Shown here piece by piece: positions 1 to 8,357 of a DNA stretch of 45,225 nucleotides. The notes beneath the pieces were generated by a model that was not told the DNA's origin, ran no database searches, and worked only from the letters and a program-made list of their open reading frames with translations. Source of the DNA: Candidatus Methanofastidiosia archaeon. Its GTDB lineage: Archaea; Methanobacteriota_B; Thermococci; Methanofastidiosales; NM3. Position 1 is the stretch's first letter. Every line of letters begins with the position of its first letter. Position numbers and translations under genes: made by a program. Location of the stretch: positions 1-45,225 of the forward strand of contig JAFGGT010000031.1 of NCBI GenBank assembly GCA_016930445.1, given 5' to 3'.

Positions 1-1
1 A

Positions 2-979
2 GAGGCCAGGGAAAAGTCGAGGGCGGGCATGAGGATATTCGTAAGGGAGGGGTCCAGCGCCAAGAATCTCAAGGCCCTAATAGGATTGGAGGATGCCTTC
101 GCCCTATGCACTGACGACAAGCATGCGGACGACCTGCTCAGGACCGGCCACATGGACCATCTCCTGTCGATGGCCGTGGGCGAGGGAAAGGACCCTATCG
201 ATGCACTGAGGATGGCAACGCTGAATCCTGCCAGGCATTATTCCCTTGATGGGGGATCGTTCGAGGAATCCAGGAGGGCGAACATACTGGTACTTGATGG
301 CCTTGAGGACTTCCTTCCTAGGTCGGTCTACTTCCACGGCAAGGAGATATGCAGGAACGGCTCCCTTCTGGCAAGGCCCAAGACCTTGACTCGCAACATG
401 AGGGTAATGAATGCAAAAAAGATCGGGCCGGGCCACCTTAATGTCGTGGAGAAGTATAGGGACCACATCATAGGGGCCATTGACGGGGAGCTGACCACCA
501 TGCACCTGCATCAGGGCGCTTCCATGCTGGCGGATGCGCAGAAGCTTGCAGTAATAGACAGATACGAGGGCAAGTGCCTTTCATGCGCTTATGTTAAGGG
601 GTTCGGCCTCCGTGGGTGTGCCATCGCACAGACCATCGCACATGATTCCCACAATATCATCGCCACAGGTTCCGATGACTGGCTCATCGTTGAGGCCGTC
701 AACGGTCTGATAGACCTGGGAGGCGGGATCGTCGCTCGCTCCCCTTCTGAGAGCATTGAAATCGCACTCGATGTCTCAGGCCTTATGAGCACGATGGCCC
801 CTGAGGATCTTGGCAGAAAATTGGGCGCCCTTGACCGATTCCTCTCAGAGCACGGGGCGATGATGCAGAACACGGTAACTACGCTATCATTCATGGCTCT
901 TCTCGTCATACCGCACCTCAAGCTCTCGGATAAGGGGCTTTTCGACGTGGATTCGTTCAAGTTCATCGATAAATGTTAA
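2..979 (+). CDS. ade: Adenine deaminase, 5'-truncated by the window edge
   Basis: Frame is open from base 2 (EAREKSRAGM...). Contains IREGS-like VREGS, metal-binding CTDD, MATLNPA, and the C-terminal AHDSHN and LSFMALLVIPHLKLSDKGLFDV motifs of AdeC. Confidence 0.9.
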   Translation, partial: EAREKSRAGMRIFVREGSSAKNLKALIGLEDAFALCTDDKHADDLLRTGHMDHLLSMAVGEGKDPIDALRMATLNPARHYSLDGGSFEESRRANILVLDGLEDFLPRSVYFHGKEICRNGSLLARPKTLTRNMRVMNAKKIGPGHLNVVEKYRDHIIGAIDGELTTMHLHQGASMLADAQKLAVIDRYEGKCLSCAYVKGFGLRGCAIAQTIAHDSHNIIATGSDDWLIVEAVNGLIDLGGGIVARSPSESIEIALDVSGLMSTMAPEDLGRKLGALDRFLSEHGAMMQNTVTTLSFMALLVIPHLKLSDKGLFDVDSFKFIDKC

Positions 980-1011
980 TACGTTCCTTATGAATATGAA
1001 TGGGGGGTAAA

Positions 1012-2520
1012 ATGAAAAGATTCCTTAAGGAATTGGGAATTGAGGACATCAATCCCGGTGGAAGTTACGGTATTGACAGGTGGGTAGGGTCTGGCGATAC
1101 GGTAACATCCATAAATCCGTCAGATGGAGAGCCTATCGCGAAGGTGCAACTTGTCACTACCGAAGAATATGAGAAGATAGTCGATGCCTCCGTTAGGGCA
1201 TTTAAGGCATGGAGGCTTGAACCTGCTCCAAAGAGGGGCGAGATAGTCAGGGAGATAGGCTTGAAGCTCCGGGAGAGGAAAGAGGGCCTTGGAAGGCTTA
1301 TCACGCTCGAGATGGGAAAAATCTTGGAAGAGGGCAAGGGCGAGGTACAAGAGGCCATAGACATGTCGGACTTCGCCTGCGGGCTCTCCAGGCAGCTCTA
1401 TGGGCTGACGATGGCCAGTGAAAGGCCCAACCATAGGATGTATGAGCAATGGCACCCCTTGGGCCCGATAGGCATTATCACCTCCTTCAATTTTCCCATG
1501 GCGGTCTGGGGTTGGAATGCCCTGGTCTCCTTGGTGTGTGGCGATACCCCTGTCTGGAAACCCTCGACAAAGGTGCCTCTTTGTGCCATTGCCATACAGA
1601 AAGCCTGTAACGAGGTCCTCTGCGAGCACGGATGGGAGGAAGGCGTTTCATGCCTCGTCTGCGGTACCGGCAGGGAAGTGGGGGATCTGATGACAAAGGA
1701 CGCAAGGCTTCCGCTCATATCTGCAACAGGGTCTGTCGCGATGGGCAGGAAGGTGTCCGTCTCGGTCGCCGAAAGGCTGGGGAGGTCCATTCTCGAGCTA
1801 GGAGGGAACAATGCCCTGATAGTGAGCGAAAAGGCCGATCTGGACGTTCTGATGCCGGCGCTGGTGTTCGGTGCTATAGGCACCGCTGGCCAGAGGTGCA
1901 CGACCATCAGGAGGGTCATCGTGCACGAGGAGATCAAGGAGATCCTGATATCCAGACTGATAAAGGCGTACTCCTCCCTAAGGATAGGGGATCCGATGGA
2001 CAAGGAGACGGTGATGGGCCCCTTGGTGGACCCCCAGGCCGTGGCGAATATGCAGGGGGCCGTACAGACTGCCCTGGAACAGGGGGGGACGCTGCTCCAT
2101 GGGGGGCGCCGCATATCAGGGAACTTCGTTGAGCCTGCGATCATCGAGATGCCTGGCAACGTTCCCATCGTCTGTACAGAGACGTTCGCGCCCATACTCT
2201 ACGTGATCCCCTACGACGACTTCGATGAGGCATTGGCCCTGCACAACGACGTGCCCCAAGGCCTCTCGAGCGGCATTTTCTCAAAGGACCTTGAGGAGGT
2301 GGAAAGATTCCTCTCTGTAGAAGGGTCGGACTGTGGCATCGCAAACGTCAACATCAGCACCTCGGGGGCGGAGATAGGTGGGGCCTTTGGGGGCGAGAAG
2401 GACACAGGAGGGGGCAGGGAGGCAGGCTCAGATGCGTGGAAGGCGTATATGAGAAGGCAGACGGTGACGATAAACTGGGGCAGGAAGGCCCAGCTCTCAC
2501 AGGGGATCGATTTTTCTTAG
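1012..2520 (+). CDS. Aldehyde dehydrogenase, ALDH7/antiquitin-like (AmaB, piperideine-6-carboxylate dehydrogenase-type)
   Basis: FNFP, WKPS, ATGS, LELGGNNA (catalytic Glu), GTAGQRCT (catalytic Cys), ETFAP and SGAEIGGAFGGEKDTGGGRE. The ATG at 1012 follows a GGGGGG RBS-like run. Confidence 0.9.
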   Translation: MKRFLKELGIEDINPGGSYGIDRWVGSGDTVTSINPSDGEPIAKVQLVTTEEYEKIVDASVRAFKAWRLEPAPKRGEIVREIGLKLRERKEGLGRLITLEMGKILEEGKGEVQEAIDMSDFACGLSRQLYGLTMASERPNHRMYEQWHPLGPIGIITSFNFPMAVWGWNALVSLVCGDTPVWKPSTKVPLCAIAIQKACNEVLCEHGWEEGVSCLVCGTGREVGDLMTKDARLPLISATGSVAMGRKVSVSVAERLGRSILELGGNNALIVSEKADLDVLMPALVFGAIGTAGQRCTTIRRVIVHEEIKEILISRLIKAYSSLRIGDPMDKETVMGPLVDPQAVANMQGAVQTALEQGGTLLHGGRRISGNFVEPAIIEMPGNVPIVCTETFAPILYVIPYDDFDEALALHNDVPQGLSSGIFSKDLEEVERFLSVEGSDCGIANVNISTSGAEIGGAFGGEKDTGGGREAGSDAWKAYMRRQTVTINWGRKAQLSQGIDFS

Positions 2521-2730
2521 GGTAAATATCTTTCCCTTTTCCTTTCTCGTCCTGTCCCACGTCTCCACTATGAACATCACTGTGGCCATGATGAAAAGCA
2601 CGGCAGGCCATGTTCCGTGTATCAGCCATAGGACGAGATATCCTGTTATTATCGTGAGGAGCGCGATGATCGGTATCGCCAGATACTTGGGCAGATAGTT
2701 GATCCTCAGGTCGTAGTCAAAGAATCTCAT
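2497..2730 (-). CDS. Small membrane protein with two predicted TM helices (77 aa)
   Basis: Two hydrophobic stretches and a basic C-terminal tail. GGGGAGGG RBS upstream of the ATG. Confidence 0.7.
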   Translation of the reverse strand: MRFFDYDLRINYLPKYLAIPIIALLTIITGYLVLWLIHGTWPAVLFIMATVMFIVETWDRTRKEKGKIFTLRKIDPL

Positions 2731-2758
2731 GCAAATATCCCTCCCCTTCTTGTATTAA

Positions 2759-2896
2759 CTAATCGAAATCAAGGTCCAGTAGCAATAGCAGCAGGGCCAA
2801 AACTATAGCGAAAAGCGCCAAAGGGCCCCTATCGTAGATGTAGATGATGAAAGTTGCAGCCAGAAACAGGAGCGTGGACCTCGACTCTACCTTCAT
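2759..2896 (-). CDS. Very small membrane protein (45 aa), absent from the ORF track
   Basis: Manual translation: MKVESRSTLLFLAATFIIYIYDRGPLALFAIVLALLLLLLDLDFD*. TTTTTAAG TATA-like box about 20-25 nt upstream. Co-oriented with 2497..2730. Confidence 0.6.
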   Translation of the reverse strand: MKVESRSTLLFLAATFIIYIYDRGPLALFAIVLALLLLLLDLDFD

Positions 2897-3043
2897 GGCA
2901 TAAACAAGGCAGTATGCTTAAAAAACGTATTGGTGCCCCCATTCCTCCATGAAAGCCTTCATTTTATAAAGAATATACAACTGGGCAAAACAGATATGGA
3001 AATATATGCCAAACACATGCGTCCAGTAGAGTGCCTTTTCATA

Positions 3044-3058
3044 GAAAAACTTTAAAGC
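3044..3058 (+). promoter_or_regulatory. BRE/TATA promoter of tRNA-Ser
   Basis: GAAAAA-CTTTAAAG about 30-45 nt upstream of the mature tRNA 5' end. Confidence 0.6.
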
Positions 3059-3087
3059 TTAGATACGTTCTATCTACTGCTGGTGAT

Positions 3088-3174
3088 GTCAGGGTGGCCC
3101 AGCCTGGTAAGGCGCCGGACTGCTAATCCGGTTCTCGAAAGAGACCCAGGGTTCAAATCCCTGCCCTGACGCCA
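3088..3174 (+). tRNA. tRNA-Ser (anticodon GCT), intron-less, CCA encoded
   Basis: Acceptor stem GTCAGGG/CCCTGAC, discriminator G plus CCA, anticodon arm CCGGA-CT-GCT-AA-TCCGG, long variable arm TCTC-GAAA-GAGA, T-arm with GGTTCAAATCC. Confidence 0.97.
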
Positions 3175-3247
3175 TTATCTTCCTTTGTATAATAATTATG
3201 CACTCTTTTTTATATCGTTCTATATATAAATATATATACTATATATT

Positions 3248-3267
3248 CTGGAGTGGAAACAAAGGGG
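3248..3267 (+). repeat. Orphan ORB-like element
   Basis: CTGGAGTGGAAACAAAGGGG matches the oriC ORB CTCCAGTGGAAACAAAGGGG (reverse complement of 28169-28188) at 18 of 20 positions. Flanked by AT-rich, TA-repeat DNA. Confidence 0.6.
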
Positions 3268-3289
3268 TACAATTTAGTATATAGATATA

Positions 3290-4576
3290 TCAATCATTGA
3301 CAGTCAATATCGGGATATAATTGTCGTATATGACGTTCACCCTGTCCGAGAGAAGATACTTTCCTATCAAGCTTGAGCCCAGGAGATGCGCATCCGGGCA
3401 GATGTATTCAACGCCCGGATAATCCCCCGCGTAAACCGTTCTCCTTTCCATCGAATATATCTGAGGGTATCTTTCCCAGCCCCAGACCATGGTGTCGTCG
3501 ATGGTCTCATCGTTGATGAATGCCCAGGAGGAGACCTCCACGTAAGAGGGGCCGATGTTCCCGAAGATGTCTGTGCATGCAAATAGCGAGATCACGATGA
3601 CTATCCCAGAAAACAATGCCTTCAATCCCTTGGGCCTGATACCTGCGATGGCATAAGCGGAAATGCAGGATAGGAAGAATGCCAAAAAGACAAAGGCCCT
3701 CTCCGGGGGGAGATTCGACATCTGGAATACGGATGCGATGCCGAACACTGCGGCGCCGGCGACAAGGTACCATTCGTACCTCTTGCGCATGAATAGAAGG
3801 CCGATTGGGAACAATAGCGCTACCGTGAATGCCGATACGTACCTCCTTGCTCCATAGATCACTAGGTCCGGCACCCTCATGCTAAAAGAGCTGCCGGGGT
3901 CTGAATTTAAAAGGGTCATTATCGAGTATGTCGCAACGACGACGGCGGAGATGAGGAATATCTTTATGACCTTCCTCCATTCCCGACGCCAGATGCCAAG
4001 GGCGAACATTGAGAGCATGATCGCCACCCCGCTGAACGGATGGACAAAGAACATCAAGGCCCCTGCCACGCCCCCATATTCGGTGCGAAGATACAACCAT
4101 AGCGTGAGTGGGAGGAACAGTATCCCAATCCCTTGTGGCAGGAGCAGGATTGAGTGGGCGATCACGTCCGGTACTGTATAAAGGACTGCAGCCATGAGCG
4201 AAACGTCCCCCCTTCCTGTGAACTCCTTCATGAAAAGGTATACGAACAGGGGCGTTAGGCTTGAGAGGGCAACTGGGAAGTATTTGAATGCGGATTCCCC
4301 AAACACCTTTGCGAAGGGATAGACGATCATATGGAACCCGAAAGGGTATGCGGCCAGCTTTGCGGAGAGGGCCAGAAAATATGGATGGCTCGTCTCCCAC
4401 TCCAATATGTTGTACTGTGCCAGCCCCCCGCCATCGATAAGGAATCTGATCAGGTCCCTGTGGAAGTATGTGTCCTCACCAAGAAGGTGACCGAATGGGT
4501 ATATCAAGAGCACCCTCAACAACAGTCCGGCGAGCAGGATGGCCACCAGGGCGTCCCTTTCCCTGATCTCCCTCAT
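3290..4576 (-). CDS. Polytopic membrane protein, probable GT-C fold (PMT/ArnT-like) glycosyltransferase
   Basis: About 10 hydrophobic segments, an acidic GEDTYFH motif after TM1, YPFGFH, and a soluble C-terminal domain. The start at 4576 overlaps the upstream stop (ATGA); the ORF-track extension to 4705 is unlikely. Confidence 0.6.
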   Translation of the reverse strand: MREIRERDALVAILLAGLLLRVLLIYPFGHLLGEDTYFHRDLIRFLIDGGGLAQYNILEWETSHPYFLALSAKLAAYPFGFHMIVYPFAKVFGESAFKYFPVALSSLTPLFVYLFMKEFTGRGDVSLMAAVLYTVPDVIAHSILLLPQGIGILFLPLTLWLYLRTEYGGVAGALMFFVHPFSGVAIMLSMFALGIWRREWRKVIKIFLISAVVVATYSIMTLLNSDPGSSFSMRVPDLVIYGARRYVSAFTVALLFPIGLLFMRKRYEWYLVAGAAVFGIASVFQMSNLPPERAFVFLAFFLSCISAYAIAGIRPKGLKALFSGIVIVISLFACTDIFGNIGPSYVEVSSWAFINDETIDDTMVWGWERYPQIYSMERRTVYAGDYPGVEYICPDAHLLGSSLIGKYLLSDRVNVIYDNYIPILTVND

Positions 4577-5874
4577 CTCGCTCTCCTCTTTATGATCATT
4601 AAATATAATATATAAGACAAGAGGATGGCGGAGCCGGACAGGATAACATAGAGTGAACCGTTCCCAGGACCTTGTGCGTCGTTCTTTCCTAAGGCCAATG
4701 AACACTGCATCGCGAATATGCCTGCCGTGCCGGCCCAGTATGGAAGTATCGGCTCATTGACCTCCATCGTCAGCGACAAAAGGTACCAGTTGGAGATGAC
4801 AAGCCGGCCCTGGAGATAACCCTTTGTCAGAAGATACCCTTCGGAAGGAAGCCCTACATTGCTCATAAACGCCCCAGATAGCACGAAGGAGAACTCTCCC
4901 AGATATGTCTTGAAGGGGTAATCGAAGTACTCCTTGACGTTGGTATCACCGCCAACCTGTAGGAAATCAAAGCGATTGTCACCGCTTGATGGGGCCTTGG
5001 ACAGGTTCTCATCGTCGACCCATATGTCGTATACCGCCCCGGACCCGCATTGCATGCCCTGCATCCATTCCCATGCCTGCCCCAAGGCGCCCGAGTATCT
5101 TTCGCTCCCAGATATCTTGTAGGCCATCCAAAGGCCCATCATTGACATAGTGACATAGTGCACAGATCGATCCCATCTCGTAGGTATCTTGTACGCGTAT
5201 CCGTCGTACCAGGAGCCGTCTGACAGCTGCATATCGTATAGCGCATCCGCGAGCTTGCAGCATGCGTCATAGTAGTCCTTCCCTCCTGCCCCGTAGTATA
5301 CGACAGACCCTATGCCAAGGGCCACGAGACCGAGATCGTTGGGGCTTGTCCAGCAATATGATGTCAGGGCAGATTCGTTTGCGCCCTGATTTCTGGCCAG
5401 CCTGGTCCTTGGATCGTCGCATTCCGCAGGGTAAGCGCTTTCCCATTCCTCCATCTCATCGATCAGGTAGTCCGCCGCCAAGCGGGCGGCCGATGCGTAC
5501 CTCTCCTCTCCTGTATAGGAATAAGCAGCTGAAAGTGCCCATGCCCCAAGGCCCGTCATCAGCTTCGAGTTGACGTTGTTTACATCCCTTTGGGCCATGA
5601 CCTCGCCAGATGCCTTCTGCCTCAATAGTATCTCTTCTGCATAGCCCATGGCAATGGCCTGCAGGTCCGGGTCGGAAAGGGCAAGATCCATCTGGACCAG
5701 AAGTATCAGCCTGTAGCATAGATTGATGCCATCCTCGGATTCGGCCGGAAGCCACGTGAACGATGTCTTTTGGTAGAGGTCGCTTGCCTCCTCAGGAGTA
5801 GATCGAACGCTAGGGACGAGGCATGCCATGATGACTATAAATGACAAGAAGATCGCGGGATAACGAAGCATCAT
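4573..5874 (-). CDS. Secreted, C-terminally membrane-anchored (alpha/alpha)-barrel protein (six-hairpin glycosidase or prenyltransferase-repeat-like)
   Basis: Signal peptide, helical repeats (TGEERYASAARLAADYL, ISGSERYSGALGQAWEWM), QxxDGSW-type motif, and C-terminal TM plus KRRAR. A TATA box about 20-25 nt upstream of 5874 favours this start. Confidence 0.6.
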   Translation of the reverse strand: MMLRYPAIFLSFIVIMACLVPSVRSTPEEASDLYQKTSFTWLPAESEDGINLCYRLILLVQMDLALSDPDLQAIAMGYAEEILLRQKASGEVMAQRDVNNVNSKLMTGLGAWALSAAYSYTGEERYASAARLAADYLIDEMEEWESAYPAECDDPRTRLARNQGANESALTSYCWTSPNDLGLVALGIGSVVYYGAGGKDYYDACCKLADALYDMQLSDGSWYDGYAYKIPTRWDRSVHYVTMSMMGLWMAYKISGSERYSGALGQAWEWMQGMQCGSGAVYDIWVDDENLSKAPSSGDNRFDFLQVGGDTNVKEYFDYPFKTYLGEFSFVLSGAFMSNVGLPSEGYLLTKGYLQGRLVISNWYLLSLTMEVNEPILPYWAGTAGIFAMQCSLALGKNDAQGPGNGSLYVILSGSAILLSYILYLMIIKRRAR

Positions 5875-6003
5875 GTTTTTTGAGTGATATAATTTAAAAA
5901 AGCTATCCATGGCCTGAAAAGATGCCCTTTCTCCAAAGAATAATGGCTCCTCGACCTGCCGAAAAGGCGCATGAGATGCCTCTTTTAGGAGAAAACTTAG
6001 GAT

Positions 6004-6129
6004 AAATATTTAAAAGGGTTCAGTTTATTGACTCACATTGCGATATCGATAAGATAGACCATCCGAAAGGATAAAAAATTCGTTGATATCGTACGGGTAG
6101 AAAAATTTAAAAAGCGTAAGCTTTATTGA
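6004..6129 (+). promoter_or_regulatory. Tandem archaeal promoters upstream of tuf enclosing a stem-loop
   Basis: Two similar blocks: AAATATTTAAAAG...TTTATTGA (6004-6031) and AAAAATTTAAAAAG...TTTATTGA (6101-6129). AGGAGG RBS before the tuf ATG. Confidence 0.55.
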
Positions 6130-6158
6130 AATCTACTCTATGTTAGGAGGAGTATCTA

Positions 6159-7457
6159 ATGGCTAAAGAAAAACCACACTTAAACGTAGCTTTTATAGGT
6201 CACGTAGACCACGGTAAATCTACAACAATCGGACAGATGCTGCTACAGCATGGTGACATCCGTGATTCTGTCATCAAGAAGTTCGAGGACATGGGAGAGA
6301 AGGGAAAGACCTTCAAATTTGCCTGGGTCATGGACAGCCTCAAGGAAGAGCGTGAGAGAGGAGTGACCATCGACTTGGCCCACAAGAAGTTCGAGACGAG
6401 CTCCAAGTACGTCACGATCGTGGACTGCCCAGGACACAGGGACTTCGTCAAGAACATGATCACCGGAGCCTCGCAGGCCGACGCCGCTGTTCTGATCGTC
6501 GCTGCCAATGACGGTATAATGCCACAGACCAAGGAACACGTTTTCCTTGCAAGGACCCTTGGTATCACGCAGCTCATCGTCGCCGTGAACAAGATGGACG
6601 TTGTCGACTTCAAGGAAGAGAAGTACAACGAGATAGTCGATGCAGTAGGCAAGCTCATAAAGGTCGTAGGATTCAAGCCCGAGAACACACCATTCATCCC
6701 GATATCCGCGTTTGAGGGACACAACCTAACATCGGCTTCTGAAAAGATGTCCTGGTACAAGGGAAAGACGCTCTTGGATGCCATTGACACATTGCAGGAA
6801 CCAAAGAAGCCAGTAGACAAGCCACTCAGGCTGCCAGTGCAGGATGTATTCACCATCACTGGAGTGGGTACTGTCCCAGTGGGCAGGGTAGAGACCGGCA
6901 TACTCAAGGTAGGACAGAAGGTCATATTCGAACCCGCATCTACGATCCTCGGAAAGCCTGTCACTGGTGAGATCAAGACCATCGAGATGCATCACGAACA
7001 GCTCAAGACCGCAGAACCTGGAGACAACGTAGGTTTCAACGTCAGGGGTATTGGAAAGAAGGACATCAGGAGAGGAGATGTTATTGGTGATGTCACAAAC
7101 CCACCATCCGTCATCACCCCCAAGGACACCTTCAGGGCCCAGATAGCGGTCCTTACGCACCCGACGGCGATCACTGCAGGATACACCCCTGTATTCCACT
7201 GCTACACTGCTCAGGTGGCATGCACCTTCGAGCAGCTTGTCGCAAAGCTCGACAAGAAGACCGGTGGTATCGCAGAGGAGAACCCCAAGTTCCTCAAGTC
7301 AGGTGACGCAGCGATAGTAGAGATCAGGCCGACCAAGGCAATGGTGCTTGAGAACTACAAGGAGATCCCAGAAATGGGAAGGTTCGCTATCCGTGACATG
7401 GGAACGACCGTTGCTGCAGGTATGTGCACAGCTATCCACAAAGGCGGCCAGCAATAA
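6159..7457 (+). CDS. tuf: Translation elongation factor EF-1alpha
   Basis: [29 protein letters not shown] and GRFAIRDMG motifs. Confidence 0.99.
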   Translation: MAKEKPHLNVAFIGHVDHGKSTTIGQMLLQHGDIRDSVIKKFEDMGEKGKTFKFAWVMDSLKEERERGVTIDLAHKKFETSSKYVTIVDCPGHRDFVKNMITGASQADAAVLIVAANDGIMPQTKEHVFLARTLGITQLIVAVNKMDVVDFKEEKYNEIVDAVGKLIKVVGFKPENTPFIPISAFEGHNLTSASEKMSWYKGKTLLDAIDTLQEPKKPVDKPLRLPVQDVFTITGVGTVPVGRVETGILKVGQKVIFEPASTILGKPVTGEIKTIEMHHEQLKTAEPGDNVGFNVRGIGKKDIRRGDVIGDVTNPPSVITPKDTFRAQIAVLTHPTAITAGYTPVFHCYTAQVACTFEQLVAKLDKKTGGIAEENPKFLKSGDAAIVEIRPTKAMVLENYKEIPEMGRFAIRDMGTTVAAGMCTAIHKGGQQ

Positions 7458-7482
7458 ACTGGCTTGAGCCGGGGGGATAGTT

Positions 7483-7791
7483 ATGCAAAGAGCACGTATC
7501 AGACTAGCAGGCACTCACCCCGAAAAACTTGAAGAAGTTTGCGACCAGGTCAAGAAGATCGCCGAAAGAACGGGGGTCAATATGGCCGGTCCGATTCCTC
7601 TGCCGACGAAGAAGCTGAGGGTTCCGGTCAGGAAGTCTCCAGACGGTGAGGGAACAGCTACTTGGGAAAGATGGGAAATGAGGATCCACAAGAGACTAAT
7701 CGAAGTGGATGCCGAAGAAAGAGCGATGAAACAGGTCATGAGAGTTAAGGTGCCAGAAGGCGTCAGCATAGAGATCGAGCTGGTATCCTAA
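7483..7791 (+). CDS. rpsJ: 30S ribosomal protein S10 (uS10)
   Basis: [31 protein letters not shown]. Canonical archaeal tuf-rps10 order. Confidence 0.99.
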   Translation: MQRARIRLAGTHPEKLEEVCDQVKKIAERTGVNMAGPIPLPTKKLRVPVRKSPDGEGTATWERWEMRIHKRLIEVDAEERAMKQVMRVKVPEGVSIEIELVS

Positions 7792-7794
7792 TAC

Positions 7795-7839
7795 CTCTCT
7801 TCTATTTTTCTTATTATCTTTTATTCATTTATTCCATTT
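7795..7839 (+). terminator. T-rich archaeal intrinsic terminator
   Basis: Successive oligo-T tracts directly after the rpsJ stop. Confidence 0.55.
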
Positions 7840-7891
7840 GGATCCTAGGACGTTATTGTCTTGGCAGATGAATTGTAGCCAGTATCGAGCA

Positions 7892-8347
7892 TTATCGCTT
7901 CAGGACGAGCTTTTCTATTTCAGCGAGCGTTCCTGAAATGGTGTTTTTCACAAAGGGCGCGCCCTCTTTGCCCCCTATGAGGAACGTGAAGCTTACCTCG
8001 GCGTCCTCTGTGGCCTTATGGAGTATCCAGTCGCCTATAGTCGCCATTATTGCCCCTTCCTTGGCAAGGTTCAGAATTAGTAGTGGAGGCAATGCCAAGC
8101 GGCCTGTGACCTTGACAAGGGCGCCAAAGTTGTCCCTTATGACCATCTTGGCCAAGATGCCCTTGGAGATCAGCTTTGTGCAGAGCTCTATGGCGTACGC
8201 ATTGAGGGCCAGTCCAGTCCCCATGTCCTGGGGAAGTATCAAGAGGTCCGTGTTTGCTCGCAGTAGCTCTAATGGGCCCAAGGTATCCTCGAGCAGTCCC
8301 AACACCGCACCGCGATCCACTTCCTCGCTATCCATGTTCAAGGCCAT
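7892..8347 (-). CDS. Hypothetical protein (about 151 aa)
   Basis: GAGGTG RBS upstream of ATG 8347. Lies 10 nt after the stop of the upstream lipoprotein gene. No family recognised. Confidence 0.6.
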   Translation of the reverse strand: MALNMDSEEVDRGAVLGLLEDTLGPLELLRANTDLLILPQDMGTGLALNAYAIELCTKLISKGILAKMVIRDNFGALVKVTGRLALPPLLILNLAKEGAIMATIGDWILHKATEDAEVSFTFLIGGKEGAPFVKNTISGTLAEIEKLVLKR

Positions 8348-8357
8348 TTTCTCCACC

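Noticed and set aside
2932..2956. Second ORB-like sequence near the tRNA (CCCCC-ATTCCTCCATGAAA)
   Set aside because: Only the G-string and a few bases match the ORB consensus; too weak to call.
3088..3290. Integrated element at tRNA-Ser
   Set aside because: No integrase and no duplicated tRNA 3' end was seen in the window.
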